This document shows, piece by piece, positions 36,025 through 47,740 of a stretch of 64,000 nt of DNA. Below the pieces are notes generated by a model, which made no database searches, was not told the DNA's origin, and saw only the letters and a list, made by a program, of their open reading frames with translations. Numbering within the stretch: position 1 is the first letter of the stretch; each line of letters opens with the position of its first letter. The position numbers and the translations under genes were made by a program. The stretch comes from Vicugna vicugna (lineage: Eukaryota), in assembly GCA_013265495.1 (NCBI GenBank), contig MU058289.1:806001-870000 (forward strand), read 5' to 3'.

Positions 36025-39000
36025 TTTTAATGGAAATACTAGGTATTGAACCCAGGACCTCATGCATGCTAGGCATGCACTCTACCACTGAGCTATAATC
36101 TCTTCCCCCGCTTTTTTATTTTTAATTGAAGTATAATAGATTTACAATGGGGTACATCATAGTGATTCAGCTATACATACATATATATCTTCCTTTTCAT
36201 ATTCTTTTCCATTATAGGTTGTTACAAGATATTGAATATAGTTCCCTGTGCTGTAGAGTAGGACCTTGTTTATCTATTCTACCTAGTTTTTTTTTTTTCC
36301 CCAATCATCTTTCTTATCATCAGAATCCATTCTAATTCTACCTCTTTAGAGGGAGGGCCTCTGCCCACCCCTCTCAGTCCTGTCATTCTGCTTTTTCCTC
36401 CTGGTGATGCTCTTTTTCTGAATCCACTCGGCTCACAAATGCATTTACCTGTTTGTTGTCCCCAAGGGTGGGGACCAGGGACCCCAACGTCACAGCACAG
36501 GTTGGGCCCAAAGCCCGTGCTCACAAATGTGTGTCATTGGAACAATGAGTGGCCCCAGAGTGAACATTCAGGCTCTGCCCTCACACAGACCTGGGTCCAG
36601 ACCTTTCCTGATTCTTATGTGCTGTGTGACCTTGGACAGACTTCTCAACTCTCTGAGCCTCACATTTCCCATGGGGGAGAGAGTAGGGCCTGGCATGGAT
36701 CTATCAACACAAGTTGAACAACCGAGGCTACAGTGCTTGACCCCCCCACCCCCAAATTCAACCCAGATTAGGCCACATCATTAATTTCTTGTTAAACCCA
36801 TCAGTGTCCTGCCTCCCACCTTAAGGCAAAAAGATGTAGCTGTGCCCATTTTCCTGATGAGGGGAGTTGGACAAGAGAGGTCATAAAACTTGGCAAGGGT
36901 TATATAGCTTAACTTGCAAACGAGGAGCCCCTGTGTTTTACGTAATCTGTAGCCTTTAAAAAACTTTAAAAAAAATTAGTTTATCTGCTTGTTATCTTCC
37001 CTTTGTCCCCCATTCCCTGCAAGACACTGGGCCCTGGGAGGCTGACCTAAGAGGCCACAGCCCAAGGGCCCTTGAGTTCTACTCGAGTGTTGGCAGGGAG
37101 GCACTGCGGGAGGGAGCAGGGCAGGAGGGGAGGGGAGAAGAGAGCCCTCCACTTGCTCCCTCCTGGCGGGTTTACCAGGAGGCAGAGGCTTGAAAACTCT
37201 CCCTGGAGCAGGGTGGCCCCCTCCTCCAGTTCCATCTCTCACCAGGCCCTGATACAGCCATTGCCCCCCCTCGCCCCTGTGGGCTGGGGCCATCACAGCT
37301 CTCTGCCCTTTCTAGTCCTGGGGAGCTGCACCATCCTGTTCCCTTGCCACCACCGTGTGGACAAGCCCAGGCTAGCCTACTGGAGGAGAAGATCACCAGG
37401 CCAAGAACTAAGGTGACCACAGGAACAGAGCTCCCTCTGGACCTGCAGCTGACCTGATACATGAAGCCATCCAGCTGCGGCCAGAAGAACCACCCAGCTG
37501 AGCCCAAGCTGCAGAATTAAAAGTTCAGTAAATGGTTAGCATCTCAAGCCACTGAATTCTGCGGTGGTTTATACAGATATGCCGCCTTTAAGACAACTTT
37601 GCCTGGAGGCCTTCAAAAGCCTTCCCCTGGGTCAGAGTGCCAGCCAAGGCCTCCTCCCTCCCAGTGCCAGAGCCCCTTCTGCCCAAGCCCGGTTCTCACT
37701 GGTGAGGATGACGATGCCTGTGATGAAGAGCACTGCTGCCACCAACAGTCCCCGTTTCCGGAGAGTGTCCTCGTCTGCAGACAGAAATGGAGGAGTGTGG
37801 TGGGAGGGGCCTGAGCCCTTCCCACCCACGCCCAGCCTCCCATGGGTAACTTACCATAGGAGAAGGGGTCTTCCTCACTCGAACCTGGAAGGGGCAGAAG
37901 GGAGCAAAGTTGTGGGGAGTGAATCAGTGAATGGCAGAGTCAGTGAGGGGACACCTGGGTCTCAGCTTTGGTGCACTCACAGGGAAACTGAAGTCCTCAG
38001 GCGGCACACAACCTGGCTCCCGTCACTTCTAACCTCTTCTCCTCACTGGCTGTTTTCTGCACCCCACCCCTTCTGCTGCTGATGGTGTCAGACCCTTTCT
38101 CACCCCAGGGCCTTTGCACTGGCTGCTCCCACTGCCTCAAGCACCCTTCCCCAGATAGCCATGTGGCTCCCCCTCAGCTCCTTCTCAGTGAGGTCTCCCT
38201 AGCCTTTACAGAAAATACTCCCCAGTCACTCTCACCCAACCTTGCTTCATTCTTCTTGATAGCAACTTAAAGCCACATGATATGTAGTTATTATGTTTCT
38301 TATTTACTCTCTCTCACCGTGAGAACATCTGCTCCAAGAGAGAAGAGATTTTTACCTGTCTTGTTCACTGCTGTACCCCTGGTACCTTAGAGCAGCACCC
38401 AGCACACAACAGGCGCTCAATGAATATTTTTTGAATGAATGAATGCTTTATGTGACCCGTAGGTATATCATTTCCTTCTGTTCACTGGGCTAGGCTGGAC
38501 AGGAAGTGGAAGATAAGACCACAAGGGGAAGAATTGAGGTGCCCCTTCAAACAGAGCTCCCTGCTAACCCCAAACTGATCTCTGATGCATGACTAAGTTC
38601 CAGTTGAGATCAGAGAAGCACCCAGCTGAGCCCACACTAAACTCCCAAACTGCAGACTTGAGAGCTAAATAAATGGTTGTCATTTTAGGCCATAGGGTTC
38701 TGGGGTCATCTGCATGCAGCATTCACTTACACATTCATTTATCTATTTAGACATTTATTATGTGCCTACTCCGTGCCCACCCACAAGAATACCAGCCTCG
38801 AAGTCAGGTATTCACTTGACATCTGTTTACTGAGTAACTGTTCTGTGCCAGGCACTATTTCAGGTGCTAAAAACACACAATGAAGAGCAAAGAGCCTGTG
38901 TCCAGTCTGGGAAGGGAGTTACTGACCAGTCGGCCTGAAGGCAGGGTCCCTTCTGATATCTTTGTTTGGGGGTCGTGTCTTGGCAGGCGTGGAGCCTTGA

Positions 39001-42000
39001 GTAGGATCAGCAGACAGAGTGTCCAGAAGATGGTGGAGGGCAGGAGTGAGCCACGGAGGAAAACAAGAGACATCATTGAACATCTGGGTCTGGGAGAAGC
39101 CCCTCTCCCACGCTGATACTCAGTGCGCAGGCTCAGTACCCCCACTCCCACCCCCGAACGCAGCCAGGAGAGGCGGGTACCAAAATACTGGAACAAGCCT
39201 GCACCCCCTGGTTAATACCAGCAGCACCAACCTCCAAGGAACCCCTGGCCCCTATCCTAGGACCTCCTGGACCGCCCCAAGATCAGGAATAAAGGTAACA
39301 ACTATCAGAGCCAGACAGGGGCCTCCAGGACCCCGGCCCAGTTACAGAGCCTGGAGGCACTTGTTAGAAAACATAGTGAATATCGCCTTTGCTCCCAGAT
39401 CAAACACATCGCAGAGTTCCTCTCTTTAAAAACATCAATATCCCCCAAGAAAAGACCTGCCCCTCTGGCACTGAGAAGTGTCCCCAGTGAGGTGGTCACC
39501 CCTGACCGATGCCATGATGTGAAGTCAGCAGGCAGAGAGGCTGCCGCACGCACCCCAAGTTCCCCAGGCCAGTCTCAGTGCCTAAATACAAACTGACAGC
39601 CAAGGATTACAAGATGTCCAAGAAAGCCTTCCCAGAGGAAGGTATAAGCAAAACCATCAGCAAAGACAAAGGAGAAACCGTAGGAAATGTAACCAACAGC
39701 CTCAGTGCTATGTGAGGCTCACATGCCCTGGTGCTGGGGAGTCTGGGCTCAAATTCTGGTTCTGCCATTCTGTGCTGTGTGGCTTCCAGCCAGCCGAGCA
39801 ACCTCTCTGGGCCTCTATTCCCTTTCCTGTAAAACAGGGTACTGACAGCTCCTACCACATAGGGTTGTCAGCATTGACTGACTACCCAAAAGCTTCATGC
39901 ACGGAGTAAACTCTCAGCACATGCTGGCCACTGTTGCTATTGTCGACTTGGCTCTAGCTCCTCCCTTCTTCTGGGAACAGCCCCCTACCTTTAGAGGAAA
40001 TGCCCAGTCCATCTTGTTCTCCTATTGTAACCCAGCCACAAGGGGGAGCATGTGACCCAGTCTCACCCTTCCCCGGGGGCCTTTCAAATTCCAAGTAGGG
40101 ACTTTGAGTGGAAACTAAGTGAAGCGTGTGTGGAATTTCCATCGTGTATAACCAGGAATATGGAATAACACATAGAGGAACTCAGGTCAGCAAGGACTGG
40201 GAGTAAGTGAATCCTGAAATGTGAAGATGTTTTCTCAACTGGGAAGTGTGGACACAGCTGCTACACTCTCACCCCTACTTTTGTATAAATTTAAAAATCT
40301 CCTTCCCCCAAGACACTTTATTTCCATGTGTAGTAAAATTGTTTTAGTAGACAGATTCTGTCAGAATGAGATGCCTTACTGCCATCACTGGAACACTGGA
40401 ACAATTATAAAAATCTACGAGGGGAATGGTGTGGCCTTAGAGGTAGTGATCTTGTGCAGTGCCCAGTCTGAGCAACCGTGCATGCATCTCAGCCTGGGTG
40501 TGGCCTAAGCTATAGTACTTTTCAGTGAGGGCTGCCCCCCACATACGGATCATCACAGAGGCATTAGAGGCTCCCTGTTGCCTTTATCTCCGCTCAGCCC
40601 TCGTACCCATGCCCCTGGTAATATAACTCACTCGTCCGGAAGGGAGCCACCTCTTCCCTGATTCTTGGTTTACCTGGTTCAGGCAGCCCAAAGATGAGGC
40701 ACGAGACTCAGGCCTGCCCAATCAGAGCAGTCTATTTCCCAGGCTCCCATTGGCCGGACATGGGCACGTGACCCCAGCTGGGCCAATGAGAGTCAAGTCC
40801 AGGCCTTTGAGTTAGAGAAGCGCTCTACCGCTGAGTTTGTGACCTAAACTTGGAACTGTGGGACCACCTGTGTCACCGAGAGGGAAAATGCTGCTTGAGA
40901 ATGAAGACAACAGAGCTGAGAGCGGGAGCAAGTCAGTCTTGATGACAGCGTTGGACTCTTTGACCCAGCTGTGCCTGAAATGGGTGCCTCAAACGTTAGA
41001 CTGTGTACCGCCAATACATTTTTTTTTTCTTAAGTTGAGTTTTCTGTATTTTGCAAATGAAAGGCTCCAGCTCTAACATTAAGGTCTACACCAAGAAAAC
41101 ACCCACAGTCACGTTTTACCTGACCAGCCCTGTGAAGACACCTGCTTAAAGAGGGTTCCTGAAGTCTATCAAGCTTGGAAAGGCTTCAAACGAGACACTC
41201 CCTCTTGGGCCGCCTGCTGCAAATAAGTTTTATTACGACTCGGAGAAGTCCCACCAGAAAGAAACGTGTTTAACTCAGAATTTCCCAAATACCTTTGACC
41301 GCAAACCAAAAAGAATTTTGAAAAATGTGTTAATTCCCCAAACGGGTGCCCTGAGAAACGTACTCGGGGAATGCTGACCTAGATAGAGAATTAAACACAA
41401 TTCGAATGTTGCTGATCTCATCCCAGGCTGTACCTTGCGTGCTGCTCTTGTCCGTCCCCAGGCCTGTTGTTGGAAGCACATCCATTTCTGTCGGTTGCGG
41501 AGTCTGGGTCTGCATCTGGTCTGGTGTTGCTTCGACTCAGGTTAGAAGAGAAAGGAGGTGGGCGTGAGAAAGGAGCGAATCAGGGACCTGCAGCAAACAG
41601 CAAGGGGCCCTCTCCCCTCCTTGGGCTGGTGAAGAACACAGATGTCCAGGTACAAGTGTGGCTGTGAGGACGGGAGGGGGGACTCTCTCACACTCTGCTG
41701 ATAGCAGAGTAAATCGGTCTTCCTTTGCCCCATAGTGTCGTGGGTCAACTTTAGAGCCAGGTTCCAGGACCCCCATCTCAGCTGTGTCATTGACTTGTAG
41801 TGACACCTTGGGTGACTTATTCTGAGCCTCCATTTCCTTATCTGTAAAGTGGGGATGATGGTCAGTTTACCTCAGAGGGTTTGTGTGTGGATTCAATGTG
41901 TGAATGTGGATGAAATATTTAGAACTGTGACTGGCACTTAATAAGCTACAAATACTCAAGGAGTAGGGGACAAGGTTGCTCCTTGTGGCACTGCGAGCAG

Positions 42001-45000
42001 CAGGATGAACTGGAAGCAACCAAGATGCTTGTCAAGATGACCGTGGCTTCATTAGCCGTGCTCAAGCAAGCAGCAGAATACCACATGGCAATGAAAAAGA
42101 CCAACACTGATGCTCCTGTAGGGGAAGAGCTTCCAAATACATTATTGCATGGGGGGAAAAAGCAAGGTGTAGGACAAAGTCACAAAGACACCTCCCAGTT
42201 GGTGTATTTTCTCCAGGTAATACACAGGCAATGCAGTATCTTTGGGGACCTCCTAATTCAGTTCTAGCAGCAAGGACCTCTCAGAGAGGGAGGAGAGAAC
42301 AAGAGTGGGGAGTGGATGAAGGGATTTCATCTTATCTACAATAGTTTTTATTATTTCCAAGGAGAATGTGTTTATGTACCACTGTATCATTAAACATGAA
42401 ATGGACAAAATTAGGGAACACTTTTTGAATTATGTTGCACTCCAAGAAAAACTTAAGAAATGATTTGAAAATTCAAAAAAGGAAAAAAAAATTAAAGAAA
42501 ACAAGCGAAGAAGTGAATGGGATTGGCATATGGGGAGTTTCTGGGCTGTCTGGAAAGCTCTGTTCCTTGACCTGAGTGATGGTTACATGGGTTCAATTTA
42601 GAGTCATTTGTTAAATTGTACATTTATGTTCTTTATACTTTTCTAGATGCATGTTATTTTTTTCACAATTTCAAATGATTTTTTAAAGAAGTGAATGGGG
42701 TTGGCTGACTGTCCTACCACAAAGTAAACCAGGGGACTCAGCGCTGGGGGACTGAGATGGGTAACCAAGGACTCAGAGTATCAGAGGAAGAGGGGGAACA
42801 GTGTCTGTCCCAGGCCCGCCTTCCCACCCTCTGTCCCTGCCCACTTACCATCAGCCTGCAGAGTTGAAATTGGAGGGGTGGGCTGAAGTTCTGGGTGGAA
42901 CGTGCCTAGAGCTTGGAAATAGGAAGAGAAAAGAAAGAAGATTCAGAGAAGGCCCATGGATGGAGGTACAGGGTGTCTTCCATAGCAACTCAAATCTGAT
43001 GTAATGGACATGAATTAATCCAGCCATTTACTAACTACTCAAATGCAATGCCAGTACCTCCCCTGCCTCAGGCCCTCCCCTCCCACACATGTCCATTCCC
43101 CTATTCAGCATTCACCTGCCTTCAGTAAGAGCCCCCAGAACTTCCTCTGGGGAACCATCCTTCCCTGACTTTCGGTCCACTTCATTCACTGGGGCTGGCA
43201 CCAGCCCTGTTGGACATGGAACAGGAGACCTAGGTCTGGCTGATCAGTTTCTGTGCCTATGGTCACAATGATCAGCTCATGCATGGGCATGTGACCTGAG
43301 CCCAGTCAATGGCACTCAGTTTTGGGACATTTGCTGGGTTGGGGAAGAGGAAATTCTCTTTCCTCTGGATTCTTAGCAGGTAGTTTAGAAGCCCCAGGTC
43401 TCTGTGGGCCATCTTGTCCCCATAAGAGAAGAATCTGCCTGGGAATAAAGCCAACACAGAGAAAACAGAACCAGAAGACGGAAACAGATTCTTGATAGCA
43501 TCATTTAAGCCTGGATGGAGCCAAGCATGAAGGTTTATCTCTGGAGTCTTCAGTTACACAAATTCCCAAAAATCCTGTTTGGTCCAAGCTTAAGATTTTT
43601 GTTGCTTTTGTTATTTATAGTGACCGGATCTTGACCAACCCATCCCTCTTTCCTCACCTGGGGCTGAAGTCAAGGCATGAAAGTTCTCAGAAGTTGGGTC
43701 TGCTTGAGGAATGGATGTGGCCTCTTGTAATGTCTGTCCTGGGAAATCAAGGATGTGAAGTCAGGAAGAAGCCTCTGGTCCCTCTTCCCTCACCAGTACC
43801 CCTACCCTGCCCTCCCTTCTGAAACTTTGGGAAGTAACTCAGGAAGTCCTGCCTGCTGGTGGGGCAGCAGACAGATGTTTGATTGATTAGCTTTGGTGGT
43901 ATCAATCCAAGCTCCTGAAAGTGTTTTAAGAAATGCTAACATCCCACACCATTCCTCCAGCCCCCTCGCCCTGCCCATCCTTGTGGGATGAGAGAGGCAG
44001 TTTAGCCTAGTGCGTCCAGGTACTGGAGTCAGCCAGGGCCCTGTTCTCAAATTCTGTTCCCAATAACTTCCTTGCTGTGTGACCTGGAGCAAGTGAAGTG
44101 CCCTCTCTGAGCCTTGGTTGCCTCATCTGCCAAGTAATTGAATTTACTTCTCAGGACTGTAGAGAGGGTGAAATGAGATGGAGGGAGGAAGGCAGCCAGT
44201 GTTGGATACAGCCACTGCCCCTTCCCAGGCCCAGCCTCCATCCTCTCCCTCCTGGACCATCACACAGCCTCCTCCCTGCTTCTCCCTGCTCCCATCCTGG
44301 CCCTGCTGCCTGCTCCCTACACACAGCCAGAGGGAGCCTGTGAACCTGAGTCAGATCATGGCCCTCCTGGCTCAGAGCCCTCCTCTGGCTGCCCTTCACT
44401 CCTGGTCAAAGCCAGAGTCCTCACTCAGCCCATAAGTACCCCCGCCACCAGGTCCCCTGTCACCTCTCTGATCTCTTGACCTTTCCTCTCCCCCACCTCT
44501 CCACCCCTTGTTCACCCCATCCCGGCCCTGGCTGTCGCTCACACTCTCCAGACAGCACTCTTCCCTCACATACCTGCTTGGCTCGTCCCCTCCTCTCCTT
44601 CAAGTGTCTGCTCAAATGTCACCTTCTGGTGAGGTCTTCCCTGATCACCCTATTTAAACAATCCTCATTACTCTCCTCTGTTTTTCTCCTTCCAGCATGC
44701 TATATAATTTACTGATGGATCATTTACTGCCTGTCTTTTCCAACTAGAACATGAGCTTCTGTTTCCCCAGTGCATAGAGGTAAGATCTGGCACATAGAGC
44801 TGTTCAGTGAATGCTTGTTGAATGACTGAATGACCGCATGAAAACCATTTTATCAAAGAGAAATGGGGCCACTTCAGTGGAGAGTATGCTCTGGGTTCTA
44901 GGATTGTAGCCCAGCCCCTCCACTCACTAGCCTCTGGCACAGGGCTCTTTCCTTCACTGAGCCTCAGTTTCCTCATCTGTAAAATGGGCATGAGGACAGC

Positions 45001-45593
45001 ATCATAGAGAAGGGTCAAAGCCAATACAAGCTCGCACATGCAGCCCCCACCTTGTAGGAAGCACCAGCAAAGGCCCACCACAGGTACTGCCTTCAGAAAA
45101 CACTTCTGAGGCAAGGGTGAGACATCGACTCCTGGACTGGCCCCAGCTCACCTCCTTTCCCTAATGGTATATCACTTGGGGGTCTAGGGAGCTGCTTTGC
45201 TGGGAGCCCAGGTTCCTGGCTGCCGAGTAGAAAATTAACACCCATCTCCCAGCCAAATCAAACTCAGTGAGTTCTTCTTGGAGGTGAAATGGAGGCTGCC
45301 CAGCAGGATCGGCCTTGGCCAGACTCGATGGAAGCAGCCACCCAGGTCTGAGGTATCTAAAGAGGGTGTAACCTTGGCCTCCTCATCCGGCCACCACTTC
45401 CTGGTGCCGGCTCGGGAGGGGACTGAAGACACAGGACAGAGCATCCAAACTCACCAGCCGCCCACTCAGCAGCACATGTACTCAAGGTGGGGCTGGGGGT
45501 TCTGGGGCAGGGTGGGGACAAGGACCAGGCATTACCTCTGGTGAGGAGAATCAGACCACCGATGAGGAGACACAGGCGACTCGTGGGCAACAT
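34979..45593 (-). CDS. FXYD5: FXYD domain-containing ion transport regulator 5 (dysadherin), about 171 aa
   Basis: Coding exons (-): 45593-45536 (MLPTSRLCLLIGGLILLTR), 43738-43658, 42905-42849, 41529 (or 41535/41520)-41434, 38995-38927, 37884-37855 (EEDPFSY), 37774-37700 (DEDTLRKRGLLVAAVLFITGIVILT) and 35028-34979 (GKCRQLPRLCRNSDR*). All junctions are GT-AG and phase 1. The ectodomain is S/T/P-rich, followed by the PFxYD motif and TM. Confidence 0.93.
35930..36109 (-). mobile_element. tRNA-derived SINE (vic-1-like) with expanded (TTTA)n, adjacent to an antisense L1 tail (about 36110-36280)
   Basis: Reverse complement of the SINE head at 36030-36109. Confidence 0.8.
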
Positions 45594-46199
45594 CTATGGG
45601 GAAGTCAGAGCTGGGGTCAGCGGTGATATCAGTGAGGCAGCCCCCCCATCCCGCCCCCGGGAGCCAGTCGCCCCCTTCCTTACCCTGAGCAGGCACCTGT
45701 GGCTTCAAGGACCCCTGCCAGGGCTAACAGTGGGCTGCGGGGAGGGGGAGGGTCTCAGAAGCGGGGATTTTCAGCCACCGCTCCGTTTTTCCCTCTGCAG
45801 GCCCCAAAGAAAACAAGAAACATCAGACCAAACGGGGCTTCCAGTAGCAGCCACTGCACAGGGACAGTCCTGAGGCAGAGAAGCACTTACCCGGACCTGA
45901 CTGAGCCTGCAGGGCATGGGGAGGGGTCTGGGGCACAGGAGTAGATCCGAGGGCCTCGTGCCTCCCTCTGGGGCTGTCCCCAGAGCAGAGAAGTCAGCAA
46001 GGAGGGGGAAAGAGGAAGAGTGAGTAATGTGCTCCTGACCTCAGAGGAAAAAGTGAGCTGGTTTTAGGGGCCTCCCTGCAGGGACAATAGAACAGGATGC
46101 TGGGCAGATCTAGGAGGGCTGAGAGGGATGGAGGAGAGCCGGGGAGACTGAGGCAGGAGGAACAGAAGCAGTGCCGCACATGGTGGCACAGAGGACCAG

Positions 46200-46560
46200 G
46201 CGGGAGAAGTGAGCATGAATGGGGGGCGGAGAGGTACGGAGAAGATCCGGTCTTCGACCCACCTGAGCCGGGCCCCTGGGCAGAGGGGAGCGGATGGAGG
46301 AGGATCGAAAGGAGAGACTTACGTCAGAGCTGGGGGTCCCGAGCCGGCAGCCTGTTGCGGAGAGGGCAGCGGCGCTAGCTGCGTCCAGGCGGAGGGTGTG
46401 GCCAGGGGAGCGCTGGCGGGCGGGGACCGAGACGGGCTCAGTCATTTCCTCTTGGGTTTCCTGGCTTCAGAGCCCGGGGTGGGAGCAGGAGGGGGAGACG
46501 CTGAGGGTGAGGGGGGGCAGGGGTGAGAGGCAGGGCAGAGGCCTCCAGCCACCCGGCCTG
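46200..46560 (-). promoter_or_regulatory. FXYD5 CpG-rich promoter and probable non-coding exon 1
   Basis: CpG-rich stretch with a GC box and a GGAAATGACT (ETS/AP-1-like) motif on the - strand. A strong donor GCTCTGAC|GTAAGT at 46323 would splice directly onto the AG|ATG at 45593. Confidence 0.6.
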
Positions 46561-46563
46561 GGG

Positions 46564-47014
46564 NNNNNNNNNNNNNNNNNNNNNNNNNNNNNNNNNNNNN
46601 NNNNNNNNNNNNNNNNNNNNNNNNNNNNNNNNNNNNNNNNNNNNNNNNNNNNNNNNNNNNNNNNNNNNNNNNNNNNNNNNNNNNNNNNNNNNNNNNNNNN
46701 NNNNNNNNNNNNNNNNNNNNNNNNNNNNNNNNNNNNNNNNNNNNNNNNNNNNNNNNNNNNNNNNNNNNNNNNNNNNNNNNNNNNNNNNNNNNNNNNNNNN
46801 NNNNNNNNNNNNNNNNNNNNNNNNNNNNNNNNNNNNNNNNNNNNNNNNNNNNNNNNNNNNNNNNNNNNNNNNNNNNNNNNNNNNNNNNNNNNNNNNNNNN
46901 NNNNNNNNNNNNNNNNNNNNNNNNNNNNNNNNNNNNNNNNNNNNNNNNNNNNNNNNNNNNNNNNNNNNNNNNNNNNNNNNNNNNNNNNNNNNNNNNNNNN
47001 NNNNNNNNNNNNNN
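46564..47014. other. Assembly gap (451 N)
   Basis: Run of N characters. Confidence 1.
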
Positions 47015-47402
47015 CAGTCATTTCCTCTTGGGTTTCCTGGCTTCAGAGCCCGGGGTGGGAGCAGGAGGGGGAGACGCTGAGGGTGATGGGGGGCAGGGGT
47101 GAGAGGCAGGGCAGAGGCCTCCACCCACCCGGCCTGGGGGAGGGTGGGGGTGGGGAAACAGGGCAGGCAGGTCTGGACCGGGTGGGGCCCTTTGGAGGGG
47201 GAGAGGTCTACTCTGGGGTCTCAGAGGGACGAGAAGGGAAGAGGCAGCTGGGGCGGGGTGGGGGGAGGCCACTGGGGCACTGGGGGAGGGGAAGGAGAGG
47301 GAGGGGGGAGAGAGCTCCACCAGGTGCAGTTTTGCCCCTCCCCCATTTTGTCCCCACAGATGAGAATACACAGACAGAACAGGGGGGAAAATCAAATGCA
47401 CA

Positions 47403-47408
47403 TTTATT
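47403..47408 (-). terminator. FXYD7 poly(A) signal AATAAA
   Basis: tttatt on the + strand, about 335 nt downstream of the FXYD7 stop. Confidence 0.75.
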
Positions 47409-47740
47409 AAGCTCAAGACAGAGACACCAAGGGTGCAAGAGAACGGATCTTCTGAGAGGAGACAGGGAGGTGGCCGGGAGCAGTACACCGGGATTCTGGG
47501 GGGCTGGACTCCCGGACCCCGGCTGGAAGCCTGAGTCCCTGGGTCTGGGATGCAGACGGGCTCTTTGTGGGGGTCATTGCCAAGGGCTGGGGAGGTGCAG
47601 CGGTTCCAGCCTTGGGGTGGGTGGGGCGGCTCATTCAGGGGAGCGCTCCTGGGGCAAGGCTAGGGTCCCCACCGCCTCCACCTGGTCCTCAGGCTCCTGC
47701 ACTCAGGCAGGGACAGCAGTGGAGGTGCCCAGGACTGGTT

